NCBI GenBank assembly: GCA_020718925.1
Contig: DYRC01000003.1
Coordinates: forward strand, 1-40,246
Direction of reading: 5' to 3'
DNA from: Desulfonema limicola
GTDB taxonomy: Bacteria > Desulfobacterota > Desulfobacteria > Desulfobacterales > DYRC01
Length of the DNA: 40,246 nucleotides
In this document: in pieces, positions 7,729 to 15,688 of the stretch
Position numbering within the stretch: position 1 is the first letter of the stretch
Layout: every line of letters begins with the position of its first letter
Program-made: the position numbers and the translations under genes
Notes under the pieces: generated by a model
Database searches by the model: none
Told to the model about the DNA's origin: nothing
Seen by the model: the letters and a program-made list of their open reading frames with translations, nothing else

Positions 7729-9936
7729 TTAAACCGACTTTTCGCCTTTTTTTGCCAATTCTTCCATATCTGTCTGATAAAAAAGCAATTTTGCAGAATT
7801 GCCCACCACGCCTACGGTAATCAGATTGTGAAACAACGCGCCAGCCATCGGTGAAAGCCATCCGAAAGCAGCCAGCACAATGCCTGCCAGATTCAATCCG
7901 ATAGAAATGGCATAATTCTGCTGAATCCCGGACAAAGTTCTCTGTCCCAAATCCGCACACCGGACAACCAAAGCCAGATCGCCTTGTCTGATCACAACAT
8001 CCGCATGTTCGATTGCCGCATCCGCGCCGGTGTCTCCCATTGCAACACTCAAATCCGCATGAGAAAACGCAGGCGTATCATTGATGCCGTCTCCGACCAT
8101 GCCCACAACAGTATCGGGATATTTTTCCTTCCATGAAGCAATCCATGCTGCCTTGTCTTCGGGAGATTGCTGCCAAAGCACCATGTCAATCGGCAGGTCT
8201 TTGGCAATATTGACCGCATGACGCTCATGGTCTCCGGTAATCATTGCCAGATGCTTCACATTCAAGCCTTTGAGCGCGTACAGCACTTCTTTGGCTTTTT
8301 CCTTCAGACGGTCTTCGATGCCGATCAGCCCGATCAGACGGCGGTTGAATGCCACAAACAGCACGCTTTCGCCTTTGTTGAGAATCCGCTCTTCTTCGTC
8401 ATGCCCCATTTCATGGTCAACTTCGTAATCTTCCATAAAATGATGACTGCCTACCAGAACCTCATCCCCGTTGATTTTTGCCCTGACGCCATGCCCGATA
8501 ATAAGTTCGGTTTCCTCGTGTCTTGGAATTTCGATTTCGATTTCCCGAACCTTTTCAAGCACTGCCAGCGTCATGGGATGTTTCCAATGAATCTGAGAAC
8601 TTGCTGCCAATTGCAGAATGCGGATCGGTTCGAATTGAGGATCCAGCGTAACAATTCTCGACACTCTGGGAATGCCTTTGGTCAGTGTGCCGGTTTTGTC
8701 GAAAAACAGCGTATCCATACGCCCGGCAATTTCCAGATAGCACCCGCCTTTGATCAGTATTCCCTGCCGAGCCGCATTGCCCATTGCTGCCATGATTGCC
8801 GTAGGTGTTGACAGCGCAACCCCGCAGGGACACGCGATAATCAGCATGGACAAGGCTCTGGAGATGCTTCGGGTAAGGAAAAATACTGCCATCGAAAGAC
8901 ACAGGGAAATCGGCACCACCGCATCGCTGAATTTTTCAGCAGACAACTGCACTTTGGAGATTGCGCCGTCTCCGTTTTCAATCAGGCGGATAATTGCCGC
9001 AAGCCGGGTATCTTCGCCCACAGAATCCGCTCTCACGAAAACATGCCCCATTTCCACAGTTGTTCCGGCAAATACTTTGTCGCCTTCGGTTTTGAACGCT
9101 GGCAAAGATTCGCCGGTCAGCGTGGCTTCGTTCATCAGGCAGTCTCCGCGAATGACCGTGCCGTCTGCCGGAACAGAACTGCCCATTCTCAGACTCAGAA
9201 TATCGCCTCTGACCAATTCCGATACCCGGACGGAAACTTCCACTTCATCCCTGAGTATCCACACTTCGCGGTTTTCCTGCTTCAGCATAGCACGCACGGC
9301 TTTGCGGGTTCTTTCCTGTGTTCTGTTTTCGATCCATGCGGAAAAATTGATCAGCCATACCACGACCATTGCGGTGATCGGCTCTCCCATGACAATGGAC
9401 AGATAGGACGCGCTGACAATCAGCAAGTCCATGTTCACACGCCGATCCCTGAACAGACTTTCCAGCCCGTCTTTGAGAATCGGAATGCTTAAAGCTATTG
9501 ACAATATGGCAGGAACATTGAAAATTCTGCCGATTCCCGAAAATATCCCGGAGCTTTTGTGAAAAAAGAAGCGATGTATCCACAGCCCCAGCATGTATAT
9601 CCCGGAAATTGCCAATATCGGACCCGGAACATGGGATTCTTTGCCCGAATAAGACGGACAGGATTTTTCTTTGACAGCACAAGCCCTGTTTTCCGAACCG
9701 CAGATATGCGGAAAATCTTTTTCCAGCATTGCCCGGACAGATTCCAATCCGAAATCCGCTTCATGCAGAAGAACCACCGAGCCGGTATTCAGCCGGATTT
9801 CCGCAGAAGAAATTCCGGGAATATGCACCAGTGCGTCCGATACCTGCTGTGCCAGCGATTTTTTCTGCTTCAGAGCAAGAAGTCGGATTCTGCTCCGCCG
9901 GGGCAGACGATGTTCAATATGAAACTGTTTTTTCAT
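7729..9936 (-). CDS. Heavy-metal P1B-type ATPase, paralogue 1, with a non-canonical metal-site signature.
   Basis: DKTGTLT, TGDH, GDGINDTPAF and a TM4 ACPC motif. The N-terminal HMA-like domain has no CxxC (HRLPRRSRIRL). Cys-rich linker CGSENRACAVKEKSC. TM6 reads LFHNLITVGVVGNS rather than MxxSS (Cu) or DxG (Zn). Confidence 0.9.
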   Translation of the reverse strand: MKKQFHIEHRLPRRSRIRLLALKQKKSLAQQVSDALVHIPGISSAEIRLNTGSVVLLHEADFGLESVRAMLEKDFPHICGSENRACAVKEKSCPSYSGKESHVPGPILAISGIYMLGLWIHRFFFHKSSGIFSGIGRIFNVPAILSIALSIPILKDGLESLFRDRRVNMDLLIVSASYLSIVMGEPITAMVVVWLINFSAWIENRTQERTRKAVRAMLKQENREVWILRDEVEVSVRVSELVRGDILSLRMGSSVPADGTVIRGDCLMNEATLTGESLPAFKTEGDKVFAGTTVEMGHVFVRADSVGEDTRLAAIIRLIENGDGAISKVQLSAEKFSDAVVPISLCLSMAVFFLTRSISRALSMLIIACPCGVALSTPTAIMAAMGNAARQGILIKGGCYLEIAGRMDTLFFDKTGTLTKGIPRVSRIVTLDPQFEPIRILQLAASSQIHWKHPMTLAVLEKVREIEIEIPRHEETELIIGHGVRAKINGDEVLVGSHHFMEDYEVDHEMGHDEEERILNKGESVLFVAFNRRLIGLIGIEDRLKEKAKEVLYALKGLNVKHLAMITGDHERHAVNIAKDLPIDMVLWQQSPEDKAAWIASWKEKYPDTVVGMVGDGINDTPAFSHADLSVAMGDTGADAAIEHADVVIRQGDLALVVRCADLGQRTLSGIQQNYAISIGLNLAGIVLAAFGWLSPMAGALFHNLITVGVVGNSAKLLFYQTDMEELAKKGEKSV

Positions 9937-12137
9937 GCTGTTTTTCCATTATCTCCTTTCCAAGTCAGCAGACGACTCGAATTTGCCAAAATTCCCAAAG
10001 TATGGACAATATGCAGCATACCGCCCATCAGAGGACTGAGCAGCCCCATTGCACCGAAAACCATGCCGAAAATATTGGTGGAGGTGGCAAGCCAGTAATT
10101 CTGGTCAATGACTCTGAGCGTCTGACGGCTCAACTGTCTGAGTGTGAGCAGCCGTTTCAGATCACTGTCTGTCAGGGCGATGTCTGCGGCTTCGATGGCA
10201 ACATCCGCACCGCCCGCGCCCATTGCAATTCCGACACTTGCTCTGGACAATGCCAATGCGTCATTCACGCCGTCTCCCACCATGACCACCCGGCATCCGC
10301 TGCTTTCCAGCATTTCCAGATGATACGCTTTGTCTTCCGGCAAAAGTTCTGCTTTGTAATCATCAAATCCCAGACTTTCAGCCAGATGCTTTGCCACAGG
10401 CTCGGTATCTCCGGTAATCAGATGCAGATTTTTCACCCCGTCTTTTCTGAGATATTCAAGCACACTCAGGGCATGAGGGCGAAGCGTGTTACCGACAGCG
10501 ATCAGTCCGTGAAGTGTCTGATTTTCCGCCACATAAATCAGAGTCTGCCCCATTGCCACACGCTTTTCCGCTTCTTCGGCAAAAAAGGAAATGTCAATTC
10601 CGCCCTGATTCATAAACCTGCTGTTTCCCACCATGATTTTATTGCCGTTCACCTGCGCGGTTACGCCCAATCCCAGCACAAATTCGCAGGTTACATGAGA
10701 CCTTGGCAGGATGCCCCGAATCTCCGCTTCTTTCATCACAGCTTTTGCCAAAGGATGTTCGTTATGGATTTCGGCAATCGCCGCCAGTTCCAGAACATCG
10801 TTTTCGGTTTTATCCGCTAAGAATGAAATAATTTCAGATATCTGCGGAACATCAATGGTCAGGGTTCCGGTTTTGTCAAAGCAGAAACTATCGGCTTTTC
10901 CGACCATTTCCAGATACAGCCCGCCTTTGATGAGAATATGGTTTTTGGCAGCATTGGCAATTGCCGCGCTGATTGCCGTAGAAGCCGCAAGCACGGTCGC
11001 GCACGGACATGCCATGACCAGCATGACCGTAAATGCCCGGAACGGATTAAGCGTAATCAGCAGCGTGCCGACAGTTGCAGATATGCCGATTTTGAACAGA
11101 CGTTCAGCCAGAATATCCGCCTGCTGCTCGACCGGAGCGCGGTTTTCCAAAGAATCTTCAACCAATTGCAGAATGCGGCATAAGTATGTGTCATCTCCGA
11201 CTTTTTCAGCGTGGATGAAAATAACGCCTTTCTGAACAATGGTTCCGGCAAACACAATATCGTTTTCCCCGCGCGTCTCCGCTTCCGCGCGACCCGTGAT
11301 ATGCGATTCGTCAATAATCGCCTGACCTCTGACAATCGTGCCGTCAACCGGAATTTTTTCGCCGGTATGAATCACCACCGTATCTCCGGGGTTGAGTTCA
11401 TCCGCACAGATGCGGACTTCTATGCCGTTGACAAAAATGTAGGTATCTTTTTCCGCAATCTGAAGAATCTCGCGGATGGCTTTGCGCGATTGTTCTGCCA
11501 CATAATCCTCCAGCAGCATTCCGACCCGAAGAATCCAGATCACTTCAAGCGCGGTCATGGCTTCTCCCATTGCAATGCCGAGCAGAATGGAGCAAGCAAG
11601 AAAGGGAAACAGGCTTTTGTGCCTTCCGTGGCGCAGGTCGGCGATAGCATGTCGGAACAAGGGAATGGACGCAATCAGACTGACCAGAGATGTCAGGCTG
11701 AAAATGCCCTGTGCCGCAGGAGATTTGGAAATCACCCGCCGGATAATGACATAGCCCACAAACAGGGTCAGTGCGATAATGCCGAGCAGCGAGTCGAACA
11801 AAGACTGCTTTTTCCGCTTTGTTTTTTCAGACGGATCACACTTTACGCAACTCATGGCGCACACCGAAGGCATCCGGGAAGATCGCGCCTGTTTCGGATG
11901 AATCTCCAATGCCTGTATCAGCAGTTCCCTGAGTTGTTCGGGCTTGATCTCCTTGTGTTTGTAGCACACAATCACGCTTCCCGAATGCGCCCGGACTTCA
12001 ATTTTGGTGATGCCGTTTTTCTGAGCCAGCCATTTTTCCAATGAGACTGCCCGCTCATACGCATGGAGAATCTCATTGACATTGAATCGCAGCCGCCCCG
12101 AAATAGCATGTCGGATTGTAATTCGGCTTTTTTTCAT
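9933..12137 (-). CDS. Heavy-metal P1B-type ATPase, paralogue 2, with a non-canonical metal-site signature.
   Basis: DKTGTLT, TGDT, GDGVNDALAL and a TM4 ACPC motif. N-terminal HMA2-like ISGRLRFNV without a loop-1 CxxC. Linker CAMSCVKC. TM6 reads MLHIVHTLGILANS. ATGA overlap with the downstream paralogue. Confidence 0.9.
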   Translation of the reverse strand: MKKSRITIRHAISGRLRFNVNEILHAYERAVSLEKWLAQKNGITKIEVRAHSGSVIVCYKHKEIKPEQLRELLIQALEIHPKQARSSRMPSVCAMSCVKCDPSEKTKRKKQSLFDSLLGIIALTLFVGYVIIRRVISKSPAAQGIFSLTSLVSLIASIPLFRHAIADLRHGRHKSLFPFLACSILLGIAMGEAMTALEVIWILRVGMLLEDYVAEQSRKAIREILQIAEKDTYIFVNGIEVRICADELNPGDTVVIHTGEKIPVDGTIVRGQAIIDESHITGRAEAETRGENDIVFAGTIVQKGVIFIHAEKVGDDTYLCRILQLVEDSLENRAPVEQQADILAERLFKIGISATVGTLLITLNPFRAFTVMLVMACPCATVLAASTAISAAIANAAKNHILIKGGLYLEMVGKADSFCFDKTGTLTIDVPQISEIISFLADKTENDVLELAAIAEIHNEHPLAKAVMKEAEIRGILPRSHVTCEFVLGLGVTAQVNGNKIMVGNSRFMNQGGIDISFFAEEAEKRVAMGQTLIYVAENQTLHGLIAVGNTLRPHALSVLEYLRKDGVKNLHLITGDTEPVAKHLAESLGFDDYKAELLPEDKAYHLEMLESSGCRVVMVGDGVNDALALSRASVGIAMGAGGADVAIEAADIALTDSDLKRLLTLRQLSRQTLRVIDQNYWLATSTNIFGMVFGAMGLLSPLMGGMLHIVHTLGILANSSRLLTWKGDNGKTA

Positions 12138-12292
12138 TCTGCTTTTCCATTCTTAGTCAATATGCAGTTACATGATGAACACCCGCATCCGCCGCCGCAT
12201 CTTTCGGGATTTTTTGCTGTTTTCCGAACCGTATTGGCAAGATAGAGAACAGCCATACTGATAATGAGAAAAATGACTATGTTTTCAAACAT
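12134..12292 (-). CDS. FeoB-associated Cys-rich small membrane protein (52 aa).
   Basis: MFENIVIFLIISMAVLYLANTVRKTAKNPERCGGGCGCSSCNCILTKNGKAE: one TM helix plus a CGGGCGCSSCNC tail. RBS aaggag. It starts 17 nt after the feoB stop, and its stop overlaps the ATPase start (ATGA). Confidence 0.75.
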   Translation of the reverse strand: MFENIVIFLIISMAVLYLANTVRKTAKNPERCGGGCGCSSCNCILTKNGKAE

Positions 12293-12309
12293 TTTTTCAT
12301 CTCCTTTGC

Positions 12310-14448
12310 TTATAAAATCAGCGATCCGATCTGAAATACCAGCACCGCCAGCGTAAATGCCAGCAAAGTATTGAATATCATTGAAAACGCTCCCCATTTC
12401 CACGATCCGGCTTCTCTGGCAATACACACCACCGTTACAAAGCAGGGCGCGTAAAACATGATGAAAATAATCAGACTGAGCGCGGTCAGAGGAGACCATC
12501 CGGGAGATTTGGTAAGCATTTCTCCCAAAGAATCACTGGCTTCGGGATCAACATTTCCCATCGAATATGCCGTACCCAGTGTGGAAACCACGACTTCTTT
12601 TGCCGCAAAGCCGCCCACCAGCGCGATATTGGTGCGCCAGTCAAACCCTGCAAGCCATGAAATGCTTTCCAATGCGGTTCCTATTCTTCCGGCTATCGAA
12701 TATTTCAGCCCTGCTTCAGCCTGAGCAGCATCAATCGCAGTAAGCTTATCTTTGTCAGATTGCGCCACAGTATTGCGCTGCTGATCGAATTTCTCCGCTT
12801 CCGAATCCGGCAGTCCGGGGAATGTCATCATGCCCCATAAAACCACGGAAACCGCGAGAATCACCGTGCCTGCTTTTCTGATATACTGCCACGTTCTTTC
12901 ATAAGTATGAGTGGCAAGACCTTTGAGCGTTGGAAGCCGGTACGGCGGAAGTTCCATAACAAAGGGCGATGCTTCTCCTTTGATGACAGTCATCCGCAGA
13001 AGTTTTGCCACCAGCAGCGCGCCGCCCCATGAAATCAGCGTCAGGGCAAACATAAGCAGTCCTTTGTGATTCGGAAAAAATGCGGCAATCAGAAGGGCAA
13101 ATACCGGCAATTTCGCGCCGCAGTTCATAAACGGAGCGGTCAGAAGTGTTGCCAACTGCTCACGCGGTGATTTCAGAGTCCGGGCTGCCATAACGCCGGG
13201 AACCGCGCACCCTCCGGCAATGCCGCCGGATACGATAAATGCCATCACCGAACTGCCGTGCAGCCCGAACATGCCGAATACTTTATCAAGCATGAAAGCA
13301 ACCCGTGCCAGATAGCCGGAATCTTCAAGTGCGGCAATGCCCAGAAACATAAGCATAATCAGCGGCACAAAACTCAGAACTCCGCCCAGTCCGTCAATAA
13401 TGCCGGATATGATCAGAGATTTCAAAAGTCCGTCAGGCAGAGTTTCGGATGCCAGTCCGTTCAGCCATGCGAAAAAAGCATCCAGCCATTTCACAGGTAT
13501 TTCGCTGAATGTGAAAATGAACTGATACAGCCCGAAAAGTATCAGCAGCATTATCACGGGTCCTGCGATTCGGTGCGTCAGAACTTTGTCAATTTTATCC
13601 GATGCGTAAAGCCGGTTTTTATCGTATTTTTCCTTCAGCACGCCCTGTTTGAGAACCGAGCGGATATAGCCATAACGATAATCGGCAATCAGAGCTTCGG
13701 GATAAGTATCTGATGTGTACTGCAAATGCTCTGACACTCTTTCGACAATGCGTTCAAGTTTTGCAGACAAAACCGCATTTCTGCCCCGCCCCTTTGCCAA
13801 AAGCTGCTCGTCTTTTTCCATATATTTAAGGGCAATCCAGCGCGAAGGATAAATGTCTGTCAGAAAATTACCGGCACAGATTTCTTTTTCCATTTCGAGA
13901 ATCGCGCTGTCTATATCCTGTCCGTAAGAAATCACAAGAGGCTGCTTTTTCTCTTTTTTATCGGCAAAAGCGGCAGCAGTATCCATCAGTTCCTGTTTGC
14001 CGTATCCGGTTCTGGCGATAATCGGAACCACCGGAACGCCTAATGATTTTGAAAGCCTTTCCGCATTGATTTCTATGCCCCGATCTTTTGCCAAATCCAT
14101 CATGTTCAGGGCAATACAGACCGGGACGCCGAGTTCGAGCATCTGAATGGTCAGATACAGATTGCGTTCCAAATTGGAAGCATCCGCAATATTGATAGTT
14201 ACGTCCGGCGATTCATTGACCAGAAAATCTCTGGCAACCACTTCTTCCATCGAATACGCGGTCAGAGAATAGGTTCCGGGAAGATCGGTAATCCGCATCT
14301 TGTAACCGTTATACACACACCTGCCTTCTTTTTTTTCTACGGTAACTCCCGGATAATTGCCAACATGCTGACGCGCACCGGTCAGTTCGTTGAACAGCGT
14401 GGTTTTGCCGCAGTTGGGATTTCCGCCCAGTGCAATGGTCGTTTCCAT
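12310..14448 (-). CDS. feoB: Ferrous iron transporter FeoB (N-terminal G domain plus polytopic membrane domain).
   Basis: G1 motif GNPNCGKTTLFN, then DLPGTYSL and NMMD, followed by the gate/core membrane domain. 712 aa. Confidence 0.95.
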   Translation of the reverse strand: METTIALGGNPNCGKTTLFNELTGARQHVGNYPGVTVEKKEGRCVYNGYKMRITDLPGTYSLTAYSMEEVVARDFLVNESPDVTINIADASNLERNLYLTIQMLELGVPVCIALNMMDLAKDRGIEINAERLSKSLGVPVVPIIARTGYGKQELMDTAAAFADKKEKKQPLVISYGQDIDSAILEMEKEICAGNFLTDIYPSRWIALKYMEKDEQLLAKGRGRNAVLSAKLERIVERVSEHLQYTSDTYPEALIADYRYGYIRSVLKQGVLKEKYDKNRLYASDKIDKVLTHRIAGPVIMLLILFGLYQFIFTFSEIPVKWLDAFFAWLNGLASETLPDGLLKSLIISGIIDGLGGVLSFVPLIMLMFLGIAALEDSGYLARVAFMLDKVFGMFGLHGSSVMAFIVSGGIAGGCAVPGVMAARTLKSPREQLATLLTAPFMNCGAKLPVFALLIAAFFPNHKGLLMFALTLISWGGALLVAKLLRMTVIKGEASPFVMELPPYRLPTLKGLATHTYERTWQYIRKAGTVILAVSVVLWGMMTFPGLPDSEAEKFDQQRNTVAQSDKDKLTAIDAAQAEAGLKYSIAGRIGTALESISWLAGFDWRTNIALVGGFAAKEVVVSTLGTAYSMGNVDPEASDSLGEMLTKSPGWSPLTALSLIIFIMFYAPCFVTVVCIAREAGSWKWGAFSMIFNTLLAFTLAVLVFQIGSLIL

Positions 14449-14450
14449 AG

Positions 14451-14684
14451 TTACTGCACCTCCACCTCAATATAATCTGCCTCTTTGTTTCTTAAAGTCA
14501 GTATGAATCCTTTGATTCTCAGCGCAACCGGATCATATAGCGGCGCGCGTCCCTGAACTTTGATTTCCGTGCCGGGTACAAGCCCCATATCCCGGATCCG
14601 CCTGCCCAATTCTCCGGCAGCTTTCACAGAAGTAACGATTCCTGCCTGATTGTCCTGCATCTGTCGCATGATTAAACGAGCCAT
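14451..14684 (-). CDS. feoA: FeoA family protein.
   Basis: SH3-like FeoA pattern (RRIRDMGLVPGTEIKV...APLYDPVALRIKGFILTLRNKEADYIEV). It lies directly upstream of feoB with a 2-nt gap. Confidence 0.85.
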   Translation of the reverse strand: MARLIMRQMQDNQAGIVTSVKAAGELGRRIRDMGLVPGTEIKVQGRAPLYDPVALRIKGFILTLRNKEADYIEVEVQ

Positions 14685-15688
14685 TATGATAAGCCTCCTG
14701 ATTCAGACAGTTTTTTCTTGGCAGAATATGGGCAGTTTTTGCAATTCCCGCTGCAATGATGTTTTTTGGCTTCAGGCGCAACAATCACCTTGCTTCCGTT
14801 GGGCGCGATGTCAAATCCTTTTTTTCCTTTGAAAAAGATACGATCTGCGGGCAGCAGGTTGAAATTCAGTCCGCACCGGAACGTATTACACCCGAAAGAG
14901 CAGAGATGATGCAGATGATTTGTGTCAATAAACACTCTTCCCCTGCCGTCATATTTATTATGAATAAAATTAAGCAGTTCATAAGCGGAACTCCCGTCAA
15001 AATCCCCTCTGGGCTTCAGATGAAGATCACCGTTGCTGTTTCTTGATTCGATCTGAAAATCTGCACTCATGTTTTTTCCTCCGATCACTGAAAATAACGT
15101 TTGAATTTTGTCCCTATCAGCAGATAAGGCATGAACAATGTCGGGATCGAACTGCGTCCCGGAATTTATGATAATTTCATCAACAGCCGCATCAAATGTT
15201 TTTGGCAGCCGATATGAACGACAGCCTGTCATGGCAGACAAACTATCTGCTACGGCAATGATTCTTGCGCCGAGCGGAATCGCCCTGCCTTTCAATCCGT
15301 GCGGATATCCCTGTCCGTCATAACGTTCATGGTGATAAAGCACCATCTCGCAGATACCGGCTGCCTCAATTTCCCGAACCGGACCAAGAATCGCTGCTCC
15401 GATCTGCGGATGTCTGCGTACAGCCTGCCATTCGGCATCATTCAATTTGCCTTGTTTGTTCAGAATACAATCCGGCACGCCGATTTTTCCGATGTCGTGA
15501 AGATGTCCGGCAATATGAATAATATCCGCATGATTTGTTTCCAAGCCGAGCGATAATGCTAAAATGCGGGATATTTCGGCAACTTCCAGCGAATGCTTTT
15601 CCGTGTAAGCATCTTTGGCATCAACGGCATTGCCCAGAGATTCGGCAAACTGATGAATCGCTGTCATGGATTTCGGTACGGACTTCAT
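14684..15688 (-). CDS. HD-GYP domain protein (putative c-di-GMP phosphodiesterase) fused to a STAS-like C-terminal domain and a Cys-rich tail.
   Basis: HSLEVAE...HLHDIGKIGVPD...HHERYDGQGYPHGL. The C-terminal ~130 aa follow a STAS-like pattern (LHLKPRGDFDGSSAYELL...VFIDTNHLHHLCSFG). Tail HHCSGNCKNCP. Its stop shares 1 nt with the feoA ATG (TAATG). Confidence 0.8.
   Translation of the reverse strand: MKSVPKSMTAIHQFAESLGNAVDAKDAYTEKHSLEVAEISRILALSLGLETNHADIIHIAGHLHDIGKIGVPDCILNKQGKLNDAEWQAVRRHPQIGAAILGPVREIEAAGICEMVLYHHERYDGQGYPHGLKGRAIPLGARIIAVADSLSAMTGCRSYRLPKTFDAAVDEIIINSGTQFDPDIVHALSADRDKIQTLFSVIGGKNMSADFQIESRNSNGDLHLKPRGDFDGSSAYELLNFIHNKYDGRGRVFIDTNHLHHLCSFGCNTFRCGLNFNLLPADRIFFKGKKGFDIAPNGSKVIVAPEAKKHHCSGNCKNCPYSAKKKLSESGGLS

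Noticed and set aside
9729-10820. A 363-aa + strand ORF, the longest unassigned ORF in the track.
   Set aside because: It lies entirely antisense to the strongly supported P1B ATPase genes. Its translation is Cys/His/Arg/Phe-rich with no recognisable motif, which is typical of a shadow ORF. The same reasoning applies to 8167-8811, 8750-9406, 10711-11235 and 11211-12044.
7729-12137. Annotating the two ATPases as CopA (Cu) or ZntA (Zn) exporters because of the CPC motif.
   Set aside because: They have no N-terminal GMxCxxC domain. TM6 lacks both MxxSS and DxG. The operon context is iron (FeoAB, DtxR). CPC alone is not diagnostic.
12293-12499. The upstream 69 codons of the 121-aa ORF 12134..12499.
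   Set aside because: This part overlaps the 3' end of feoB in another frame. A strong RBS and ATG at 12292 give the typical 52-aa FeoB-associated Cys-rich peptide.
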